Source: Planctomycetota bacterium (lineage in GTDB: Bacteria; Planctomycetota; Planctomycetia; Pirellulales; Lacipirellulaceae). Taken from it: a stretch of DNA of 17,649 nucleotides. Of the stretch, positions 1-8,926 are shown piece after piece (within the stretch, counting starts at the first letter, position 1; each line of letters begins with the position of its first letter). Both the position numbers and the translations under genes were made by a program. The notes beneath the pieces are model-generated. The model saw only the letters and a list, made by a program, of their open reading frames with translations. It searched no databases and was not told where the DNA came from. Where the stretch lies: the NCBI GenBank assembly GCA_039190745.1, contig JBCCXZ010000069.1, positions 1-17,649 of the forward strand, given 5' to 3'.

Positions 1-583
1 CCTCTACGGCGACGCCCTCGACAAGGGCGCCGGCAACGACACCGCCGCCACCGCCACGCCTCTGGGCACGGCAACCTTCGCCAACCCGCTCGCGATCGGA
101 ACCGACGCCGACGACGCCTTCGTCGCCTTCGACGAGACAGACTTCGTCAGTATCGACGACGAAACAGACGAAGACTACTTCAGTTTCACCATCCAGAACG
201 CCGGCAAAGTGAACCTCGTGCTCACCCCCAAAGGCCCCAGCTACCTGGAAGGGCCTGAACAATCCGCCGGTACCAACAACCAAGACATCTTCGACGCGTC
301 CGCTTTGAACGACCTCTCAATGTCTTTGTTCGACTCCAACGGAACGAGCCTGCTTGAGCTGGCATCCGATACGCCCGCGGGGGAGCAGGAACGCATCCTC
401 GGCTTTGAGCTCGACGAACCCGGCGAGTACTTCGTCCGCGTGGGGACCAGCGTCCGGGTGCGTGAAAGGCCCCAGATGTATCGGCTCGACGTGGCGTACA
501 TCCCTGAACCGGCAACGGCGACGCTGCTCACAGCCACGCTGCTTGCTGCGGCTATACGCCGGGCACGTCGGAGGCCGGCCTAG
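1..583 (+). CDS. 5'-truncated PEP-CTERM surface protein with a pre-peptidase C-terminal (PPC)-like domain, possibly a matrixin-family metalloprotease
   Basis: The frame starting at nt 2 is open from the window edge (LYGDALDKGAGNDTAATATPLG...VSIDDETDEDYFSFTI...GEYFVRV...YRLDV). It ends in IPEP + hydrophobic stretch + RRARRR, a PEP-CTERM signal. DxDYFSF/GEYFVRV are PPC-like. The matrixin call rests only on the LYGD end motif. Confidence 0.8.
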   Translation, partial: LYGDALDKGAGNDTAATATPLGTATFANPLAIGTDADDAFVAFDETDFVSIDDETDEDYFSFTIQNAGKVNLVLTPKGPSYLEGPEQSAGTNNQDIFDASALNDLSMSLFDSNGTSLLELASDTPAGEQERILGFELDEPGEYFVRVGTSVRVRERPQMYRLDVAYIPEPATATLLTATLLAAAIRRARRRPA

Positions 584-2171
584 CGCCACGCAGCCGCCCC
601 TGCGGTCGGGGGCGCTCCACCGCCACCGGCAACTCGCTCCGTGCCGCGGCCACGTTCCCGGCCCGGTCGCGCACCTCCAGCCGCACGTAGAAGCGGTCCG
701 GCACGTGCCGCGCCAGCCGCCAGGTGTACTGCCCGCTGTTGCCCAAGCCCGTGGCGATCGTCGACCAAGGCCCGTCCGGCGAGCTGGCGTAGAACAAGCC
801 CACCGGCCGATCTTCAAGGTTCGTGTCCGTGGCCGACCACTTCAGCTGCAAGTGGCCCGCGAGATCGCCCGCGCCCAGCCGCGTCTCCGTCAACCGTGCG
901 ATCGGCGGCTGAAGGTCGACCTCGACGCCCAACTCCGGCTCGTCGCCGGGCTGAGGCCGCCGCGCGACCGAGCCGTTCGCCCCGTCCACGACCAACCGGA
1001 AACCGTACCGCCCCGATCCGGGCACCGTGACCCGCGCGGGGCTCCTGTTGTCCGGGTCGACCGTCAGCCGATTCCAGCTCCGGCCGCCATCGGGCGAGGC
1101 CCAGATCTCCACACGCGAGACGCCCCAGGGGCCAACCATGTCGAGCTCGTAATCCAAATCGAACGTAAGTGCGTTCACCGCACGGCTGCTACGGGTCTCG
1201 GCCGGGTCCGCCGCGTTCCAACCCCCTTCACGGGCGTGTGGCTCGAACCCCGGCGGCTGCGGCGGAGTCGACGCACCGTCATGCTCAGCGAGGGCCCGAC
1301 CAAACCGCCCCAACTCGGGTGCGCTCAGCCCGGCCCCGGCGGAAGCAAACTGGGTCTGCGCCTGCGGGGCGAACCGATCTGCAGGGGCGGCGTAGGGGTT
1401 GTTGCTCGGCGGCGTTTTGGCCTTTGCGTTCGACGGCCAGTCGATCGGCGGCAAGAATGGCCCGCGTTCTGCAACGCCATCCGCGACGCCGTCCACCCTT
1501 GAGGCATCGGAACCCGCCGCGAGTTGGGTTGTCGACTCACGCAGATTTCCCGCCGCATCGGCCACCGAGCCCCGCACCGCCAACGACCGCCAACCGCTCC
1601 GTAGGCCGGGAGTCGACCGCCCGATCAGGCGGTCCGCCTGCTCAACATCCGGCTGCCCTAGGACGACCGGCTGCCAAGGCCCGCCGTCGATCTGCTGCTC
1701 CAGTTTGATCGAAGCCGCACGCAGGTTCGTGTCCGTGGCTTCGTAGCGGAGCACGACGCCGCCTCCCGAACCGCGCGTCACCTGCAGTCCCAGCTGCGGC
1801 TTCTTGGTATCCACCACGACGCGCAGCTGCGGGTGCACAAACCCGTCCGGAGGCGCCCCGCGCCGACCGAGCGTCCGGACCGCGAACCAGTAGTCGCCGT
1901 CCTCCGGGGCGTGGAAGCTAAAGCCGCTCACTGTACGCTGCGCCTGCTGCAGAACCCGCCACCCGGAAACGCCGTCGCGCGAAACCAACAGCTCCACCTC
2001 CCCTTGCTGACGCCCGGGCTGCCCCGCGTCGCGGTAGGGGATCAGGAACACGCGCTGCGACCAATACGAAGGCCGCAAAGAAGCCGCAGGCACCTGGGCC
2101 CACCCGCAAGAGCAGGCACAAATCGCCAGCCAGGCGAGTCCCGCGAGCAGTTTGTTGGCGGCCTGAAACAT
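552..2171 (-). CDS. Exported hypothetical protein with duplicated Ig/FN3-like beta-domain units
   Basis: 550-aa ORF. ATG 2171 is preferred because it gives a signal-peptide-like N-terminus (MFQAANKLLAGLAWLAICACSCGWAQ). Two homologous units (SxDGxxxW ... ATDTNL ... GPW ... DxAGN) are joined by a Pro/Ala-rich linker. Confidence 0.8.
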   Translation of the reverse strand: MFQAANKLLAGLAWLAICACSCGWAQVPAASLRPSYWSQRVFLIPYRDAGQPGRQQGEVELLVSRDGVSGWRVLQQAQRTVSGFSFHAPEDGDYWFAVRTLGRRGAPPDGFVHPQLRVVVDTKKPQLGLQVTRGSGGGVVLRYEATDTNLRAASIKLEQQIDGGPWQPVVLGQPDVEQADRLIGRSTPGLRSGWRSLAVRGSVADAAGNLRESTTQLAAGSDASRVDGVADGVAERGPFLPPIDWPSNAKAKTPPSNNPYAAPADRFAPQAQTQFASAGAGLSAPELGRFGRALAEHDGASTPPQPPGFEPHAREGGWNAADPAETRSSRAVNALTFDLDYELDMVGPWGVSRVEIWASPDGGRSWNRLTVDPDNRSPARVTVPGSGRYGFRLVVDGANGSVARRPQPGDEPELGVEVDLQPPIARLTETRLGAGDLAGHLQLKWSATDTNLEDRPVGLFYASSPDGPWSTIATGLGNSGQYTWRLARHVPDRFYVRLEVRDRAGNVAAARSELPVAVERPRPQGRLRGARPASDVPGV

Positions 2172-2352
2172 CTCACACCAAGGCGGGGCAGGGCGGGCGG
2201 GCAAGGCCGCGGCGGGGGGAAGGACGCATCACCCACGTTATCGGTGTGTCGCACCGACCGGCTCAAATCGGCCAAAACCCCGAACGACCGTCAGAAACAG
2301 GCATTCCCTGCCGGTTGGGCGCCGTGCGTCGAGATTGCCGGTTAAGCCTTTC

Positions 2353-2381
2353 TAGACGGCATTCTGCGGCTGCCGCATAAT
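2353..2381 (+). promoter_or_regulatory. Candidate sigma70-type promoter overlapped by a 21-bp palindrome
   Basis: TAGACG (2353-2358), 17 nt, CATAAT (2376-2381). The palindrome ATTcTGCGGCtGCCGCAtAAT spans 2361-2381. Confidence 0.5.
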
Positions 2382-2433
2382 AGTAGAGTAAGGGCACGGG
2401 GGCCGCGATCCCGAACAGGAGGCCGCCGCAAGC

Positions 2434-2751
2434 ATGCGGCCGCGCCGGCAGAAGCGTATGGACCAGATCGCCTTATCCAAACTTTCTTGGGCCCTGGCGT
2501 TGTTCGCCCTGATCTTCGTGATGACGGCCGCCGCCGTCACGTTCGTGAGAAGGTTGCGCGATCGTGACGCCAAAGACACCGTCAGCAGCAACGAACTCAT
2601 CTCGAACTTCCGCGATCTGCACGCCCGGGGTGGGCTGAGCGACGAGGAATTCCGAACAATAAAAGCAAAGCTAGCAAACGAGCTCCGGGCAGAACTCAAT
2701 CAGGCCGAGCTCAGCCAGCCCGAACTGAGCGAAAACCCAACCACCGGCTAA
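2434..2751 (+). CDS. Small single-pass membrane protein with SHOCT-like C-terminal motif
   Basis: AGGAGG at 2417-2422 precedes ATG 2434 (alternative ATG 2458). TM helix WALALFALIFVMTAAAVTFV, then RRLR; LHARGGLSDEEFRTIKAKL resembles SHOCT. Confidence 0.75.
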   Translation: MRPRRQKRMDQIALSKLSWALALFALIFVMTAAAVTFVRRLRDRDAKDTVSSNELISNFRDLHARGGLSDEEFRTIKAKLANELRAELNQAELSQPELSENPTTG

Positions 2752-3203
2752 AACCGCAACCACGCTCCTGCTTACCGTGCGCCTGTTAACCCCGTCGGGC
2801 AAACACCGAGGGACGTCAGCGTCGGAACGGATAGCACGGTTGTCGGGAGCCGAAAACCCGCGGTGCACCCCCGGCCCCCGGCCGACCGATGAACGACTCC
2901 CGTTGAGCGTGCGTACTGCTACACGACAAGAGAACCGGCCTTCCAAGGGACGCTACCGGCGCCCAAGCCGCACCGCCCCTAAGGAAGGTCAACCAGCCGG
3001 CCGCGGCAGAGACGCGGCCAGCGACAGGGCTCGAACTGAACGGACAGGGAAGACCCGACAGAAAGTCGGTTGCGGCGCCCGAGCGGCAGAAAGTCACTGC
3101 GGCAAGGGCGGTTCAACTCCGTCGAGCGACACCTCAGATACCACGCGGAGTACGCCGGGCCGGTGATGTCCCGGCGGACGCCGTTGTTCCGAAGGAGAGT
3201 TGA

Positions 3204-4484
<1,281 letters not shown>

Positions 4485-4548
4485 CGTTCAAGCCGCGGCC
4501 CGAGGCCCCGAGCCAACCGCCGCGAGGTCGAGTTACGCCCCTTACAGC

Positions 4549-4589
4549 AACGGGCCCGGAGAGCAGACGCTCCCCGGGCCCGTTTTTTT
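4549..4589 (+). terminator. Intrinsic terminator of clpX
   Basis: AACGGGCCCGG-agagcagacgctcc-CCGGGCCCGTT stem running into T7 (4583-4589). Confidence 0.9.
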
Positions 4590-4620
4590 GGCTGAGTGAT
4601 GGCTTTCGCGCCTCAAACCC

Positions 4621-5172
4621 CTACACTTCTTCGCTGCTCGATTCATCAACGGTCGGCGACGACTCCTCGCAGTGTTCGAACGGCAGCGACGAATGATGCA
4701 GGTCGATCACTAGCTTGCCCGATCGACGGCGATAACCAAACGTGTACTCCACCTTGATGGTGTTACCGTTGGTATCTGTGAAGTAGTAGTTGCCCATGGC
4801 AAGGGCCCGTGAACTCTCTGTGATGATGTCAGCGTTCTTAAAGCGGACCGCGACAAACGGAGCAGTAGCAAAGCCGCCGTCTTCAGTGAAGCCGTGTGGC
4901 GCGAACTCATCGCCGACGAAGTAAGAGAGGGCGCCTTCTGCCGTCAATCGAAACTGCCGTTCCTTGCACTTGGTCGGCTTGAAGAGCACCTTGTCGTCGT
5001 AAGCGTACAACTCTTCGATGTACTTCTTCGCACGCTTGACGACGTCTCTGCCTGTGGTGTAGGCATGCCCGATATCGACAATCGCATCCGCCCAACGAGC
5101 CTGCGCCGCCTCGACTTCAGCCTTGGTGATTTTCTTCTGAGGTTTCTTTTTCTTTGGAGATTTCTTTGCCAT
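4621..5172 (-). CDS. COG4337-like iota-class carbonic anhydrase (NTF2/SnoaL-like fold)
   Basis: Motifs EVxAAQxxW, LYAY, VLFKPT, GALSYFVG, EDxGFA, AMGNYYF, KVEYTFGY and C-terminal LHHSSLP match the COG4337 family as recalled. Confidence 0.85.
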   Translation of the reverse strand: MAKKSPKKKKPQKKITKAEVEAAQARWADAIVDIGHAYTTGRDVVKRAKKYIEELYAYDDKVLFKPTKCKERQFRLTAEGALSYFVGDEFAPHGFTEDGGFATAPFVAVRFKNADIITESSRALAMGNYYFTDTNGNTIKVEYTFGYRRRSGKLVIDLHHSSLPFEHCEESSPTVDESSSEEV

Positions 5173-5239
5173 TTCGTCAGCTCACTGCTGAAGAGGGGAA
5201 TGGAACGCGCAAAAGTAGTCACCGTGACTGATACGGTCT

Positions 5240-5277
5240 GCGACTAGTCGCGGCACAATACAATACTTAGCAGTATA
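5240..5277 (-). promoter_or_regulatory. Candidate -10 element and operator upstream of the carbonic anhydrase gene
   Basis: Minus-strand TATACT at 5277-5272 in an AT-rich patch; perfect 12-bp palindrome GCGACTAGTCGC at 5240-5251; no good -35. Confidence 0.35.
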
Positions 5278-5517
5278 CCTAGCACGGAGCGACACTTCAC
5301 GCAGCTCGAACGGTAGTTGTCGGTGTAGTACGGCTCGCCATGCGATGAAACTACTGCCAGCCGGCGAACTCACGGCAGGCGGAGCAATCAAGTCTAGCTC
5401 ATCACGTAGCCGCGGGAGGCAGGCCCGCCGCTGCGGATTCAAGCACGATCCCAAGCGGCCTCCACGCAAAACTCCGCGTGAGCAGTCTCTTGAGCCGTAC
5501 CTACGCGAGCACGCCCC

Positions 5518-6234
5518 TCACCCCCCCGCCAACAGCTGGCCTACCAACCCCAAGAGAAACCCCAGCACCGCCCCCAGCGGCGGAGCCCAATGGCAGTCGA
5601 GCTTCGCCTGCGGCGCGATGTCCTGGAACACGAGGTACAGAATCCCCCCGGCGGCAAACAGCATGATCCCCGCCACCGCCGCGGGGTAGGCAGAGAGTAA
5701 GAAGTAGCCCGTCAGCCCAGCGGTCGGACCCAAGAAGGCCATCACCGAAAACGTCGCCAAGATGACACGGGACGGCATCGCCCTAGCGGCGTCGAGCTCT
5801 CGAAAGGCGTTGAACCCTTCCGGTAGGTTCTGCAGCGCGATCAGCCCCGCCAAGAGCGGCGCCCCGCTGCTCTCCGACGAGAACGCCGCTCCCAAAGCCA
5901 AAGCCTCCGGCACGAAGTCAGACAGCATTGCCACGAGTTGGCCGCTCGGGCTCTTGATCCGGTCTAACGCGATGTCGATCAGCAGAAACGCGCCGCCGCC
6001 TGCTGCGAAGCACGCCGCCACCAGCCACGCGGGGAGCGCCGCCGAGCCCTCCGGCACAAGCACCAACGAAACCGCCGAAAAGAGCGCCCCGCCGCCGAAC
6101 GCGATCACCGAGTGGCGGAACTCATCCTCAAGCCAATCCGGTTGGATATGCAGCACGCACGCCACAACCGCCCCCAGAGGCATCGCCGCCCCGGCAACCA
6201 GCGTCAGGCAAAAGATCGTGGCCCATCCCGGCAT
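5518..6234 (-). CDS. ZIP-family divalent metal transporter (atypical metal-site motifs)
   Basis: Multi-TM 238-aa protein with AFGGGAL, SDFVPEALALG, LQNLPEGF, and FAAGGILYLVFQDIAPQA, i.e. ZupT/GufA-like architecture. Confidence 0.85.
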   Translation of the reverse strand: MPGWATIFCLTLVAGAAMPLGAVVACVLHIQPDWLEDEFRHSVIAFGGGALFSAVSLVLVPEGSAALPAWLVAACFAAGGGAFLLIDIALDRIKSPSGQLVAMLSDFVPEALALGAAFSSESSGAPLLAGLIALQNLPEGFNAFRELDAARAMPSRVILATFSVMAFLGPTAGLTGYFLLSAYPAAVAGIMLFAAGGILYLVFQDIAPQAKLDCHWAPPLGAVLGFLLGLVGQLLAGG

Positions 6235-6248
6235 AGGGGCATGCTAAC

Positions 6249-6277
6249 AAAAAAGCCCGGGGCCGAAGCCCCGGGCT
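6249..6277 (-). terminator. Intrinsic terminator after the PEP-CTERM gene
   Basis: Minus strand reads AGCCCGGGGC-TTCG-GCCCCGGGCT running into T6: a perfect stem with a cUUCGg tetraloop. Confidence 0.92.
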
Positions 6278-6306
6278 GACTGTCTTGTTAGTTCGCTTGA
6301 GGAGCG

Positions 6307-7134
6307 TTACCGGCGCCGGCGGGCCGCCAAGCCGCAAGCGGCCAAGCCCACGAGCAATGCCGAAGCAGGCTCAGGAATCCGCAGACGCAGAGAATCGATG
6401 CCGCCCGATGACGTCCCACCCTGGACCCCGATCAGCGAGAACTTCAGCTGCACCACCCGCGTCGGGTCGTACCCGGCATCTTCCGTGGCGGTCGCGTCCC
6501 CCCCCGCGGCAAGGGGCTCCGACGGCTGGTTCGCCAGCGTCGTGAGGTCCAATTCTTGGTAACCAACGAGGTTCACCGTCACGTCCGTCGTCCACTGCGA
6601 CGGAATATCGTACACGCGGGTCAGCCCGTTCTCGTCGGTCAGCGTGACCGTGCCGAAGTAGCCGCCATTGGCGTCGACCACCGTGATGCCCAACGGCTCG
6701 AGCGGGAACAGGAAGTCGAAGATAATGCTCCCCGCGTCGTTGAGGTTCGCCTCGTCGTTGGGGCCGTCGTAAAAGTCGCCCGTCCTACTCGGCGTGTCGT
6801 CGTTCTGAAGGATAAGGATGTTGCCCGTTCCGACTTCGAGATCCGGGTCGAGCGTGCCCGACAGGTCCGAGTCGAACACCGTCACGCCGATGTGCCCGTC
6901 GGAGCCGATCACGTCGGAGCTGACATTGAAGATTGTTCCGAACTCAGAAAAGCCCGGGGCGTCGAAAGCGGGGTCGACGATCTGCCCGTGCGACAGAGGC
7001 GTCACCAAGTCGTCTTCGGTCTCGAAGCCGTAGGTGATTACGGGGCCGGCATGAACCGTAGCCGCGGAGAGGAGCACGCAAGCCGACAGGACGGCGCGTG
7101 CAGGGCGCCGGAGCGCCTTCATGGAGTGTCTCAT
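6307..7134 (-). CDS. PEP-CTERM sorting domain protein, acidic, function unknown
   Basis: Signal peptide (RRPARAVLSACVLLSAATVHA), Asp/Glu/Gly/Thr-rich body, C-terminal IPEPASALLVGLAACGLAARRRR; AAGGA upstream. Confidence 0.93.
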   Translation of the reverse strand: MRHSMKALRRPARAVLSACVLLSAATVHAGPVITYGFETEDDLVTPLSHGQIVDPAFDAPGFSEFGTIFNVSSDVIGSDGHIGVTVFDSDLSGTLDPDLEVGTGNILILQNDDTPSRTGDFYDGPNDEANLNDAGSIIFDFLFPLEPLGITVVDANGGYFGTVTLTDENGLTRVYDIPSQWTTDVTVNLVGYQELDLTTLANQPSEPLAAGGDATATEDAGYDPTRVVQLKFSLIGVQGGTSSGGIDSLRLRIPEPASALLVGLAACGLAARRRR

Positions 7135-7891
7135 CAGTAGCGGTGTCCTTCTGAGTGGTGTCCCAAATCGTCGCAGTAGCGTTATCCAAGAATGAGGTCG
7201 TGCGTATGATTCAACTCGTTTGGTTCCGTCCCGGCCGTCCTACCCTGCTGTCCTGCCCTGACCACCTTTCCGATCCGTCGAGGCAAAGCTGTGCTGTGTA
7301 AGCGACGCGGCCTAGGCAAGCACTGCTGTCTTCCAGGAGTGCCTACAGTGTATCCATCTGGTGGCCGACCGCAAGAAAAAGGTGACTTTCTTCAAATCTT
7401 TCTTCTCGGGTCCAGAGGACCATCGAGGCCGCAAGTGCACGATAATCTCGGCCCTGGACACAGATTCTCGTTGAAAATGGGCCAGCATCTTTGGTAAACA
7501 GGTGTACGAACCATCAGTACCTGCAACCCCAGCAAAGGCTGGCGGCTGTCCGGTCATAGATTCGCAGGCGCAAACCAATGTACAGCAATGGATTATGTCA
7601 TCGAGCAGCTGCCCAAGACGACAGAAAGAACCCTCCCATCAACCGTGATGACTCGCCGTAAGCCATTCAGCGACAATCACCTACAGCGAGAACGCAGGTA
7701 ACGGCAATAGACTTTTGGCGTTTCGCCGCGTGTAACCGCTTTCGTGCCTAAAGGACAAAATCCAGCGGGCAAACAACCCAACTCCCCCCGACCTCGCGGC
7801 CACGCGCGGATTGCCTCAACCGGCAACCCCCGCCGGTCCGACAGAACCCGAAGACGGACCAGCGTGTCGTGTTCCCCAGGAGGGCCACTCG

Positions 7892-8851
7892 ATGGCAAGC
7901 GATTTCCGGCTGAAAGACCAACTGCCCGACATCACCGAGCGCATCGTCCGTACCTACGACGAACTCGACAGCATCAACCATCTCGACCACTGCCCACTGC
8001 CGCGGTACGAGGAGATCGTCTCGGTCATCCACGACCTCGTCGAAATCATGTACCCCGGCTACCGCCACCGCGAAGGCCTGCACCGGGGCAACGTGACGTT
8101 CTACGTCGGCGACCTCGTCGACCGCCTCCACGACCGGCTCACCATCCAGATGGGCCGCGCACTACGCCACGCCGCGGGCGGCTCCGCCTCGTGCGGTGAA
8201 GAGACCGACTTCGAAGCCCTGGGCCAGGCCAAGACCCTCCAGTTCCTAGACTGCTTGCCGCAGCTCCGGTCGCTGCTGGCTACCGACGTACAAGCCGCCT
8301 ACGACGGCGACCCCGCGTGCACCAGCCGCGACGAGGTTATCTTCAGCTACCCCGGGCTCGAAGCCATCACCGTCTACCGGCTCGCCCACCTGCTGTACGA
8401 ACTCGACATCCCCTACATCCCCCGCATGATGAGCGAGTGGGCCCACAACCGCACCGGGATCGACATCCACCCCGGCGCCACGATCGGATCGTACTTTTTC
8501 ATTGACCACGGCACCGGCGTCGTCGTCGGAGAGACCTGCCACATCGGCGACCACGTGAAGCTCTACCAGGGCGTCACCCTCGGGGCGCTCAGCTTCCCCA
8601 CCGACTCCGACGGCAACCTCGTCCGCGGGCAGAAGCGGCACCCGACCATCGAAGACGACGTGGTGATCTACGCCAACGCCACGATCCTCGGAGGCCGGAC
8701 AGTGATCGGCGAAGGGGCGGTCATCGGCTCGAACGTCTGGCTCACCTCGAGCGTCGAACCGAACACCACGGTGCTGCTCGAAAAACCCAAGCTGAAAATG
8801 CGGAGCGACGTGCCCGACGACCTGCGGCCTGAAACGCAGTACCAGATCTGA
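7892..8851 (+). CDS. cysE: Serine O-acetyltransferase (long-N-terminus CysE/EpsC type)
   Basis: [62 protein letters not shown] and hexapeptide repeats. AGGAGG at 7878-7883 supports ATG 7892 over 7811. Confidence 0.95.
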   Translation: MASDFRLKDQLPDITERIVRTYDELDSINHLDHCPLPRYEEIVSVIHDLVEIMYPGYRHREGLHRGNVTFYVGDLVDRLHDRLTIQMGRALRHAAGGSASCGEETDFEALGQAKTLQFLDCLPQLRSLLATDVQAAYDGDPACTSRDEVIFSYPGLEAITVYRLAHLLYELDIPYIPRMMSEWAHNRTGIDIHPGATIGSYFFIDHGTGVVVGETCHIGDHVKLYQGVTLGALSFPTDSDGNLVRGQKRHPTIEDDVVIYANATILGGRTVIGEGAVIGSNVWLTSSVEPNTTVLLEKPKLKMRSDVPDDLRPETQYQI

Positions 8852-8926
8852 ACCGCTCTCCTGGAGCACGGCGGTCGGCGGCGGTAGGATGGCGACGCTC
8901 GCCCACTAGCCCCGCAGGTCCCGCCG

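Noticed and set aside
2797..2844. Resemblance to a c-di-GMP-I riboswitch (GGGCAAAC...GGGACG...GATAGC...GGTTGTC)
   Set aside because: The GNRA-capped stem, GCAAAG junction and tetraloop receptor are missing and the element is too short; cmscan would settle it.
2777..3166. 129-aa ORF in the clpX leader
   Set aside because: Arg/Pro/Gly/Ser-rich with no motif, no SD and no coding-like codon pattern; typical high-GC spurious ORF.
7182..7190. DnaA-box-like TTATCCAAG (also TTATCCAAA near 2473)
   Set aside because: Isolated mismatched copies with no cluster or AT-rich unwinding element; not evidence of oriC.
7282..7297. Possible sigma54 promoter for the PEP-CTERM gene (minus strand CAGCAC-agct-TTGC)
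   Set aside because: Lacks the invariant GG at -24 and the spacing is one base short.
7811..7891. Longer N-terminus for cysE from TTG 7811
   Set aside because: A strong AGGAGG precedes ATG 7892 and the extension is low-complexity.
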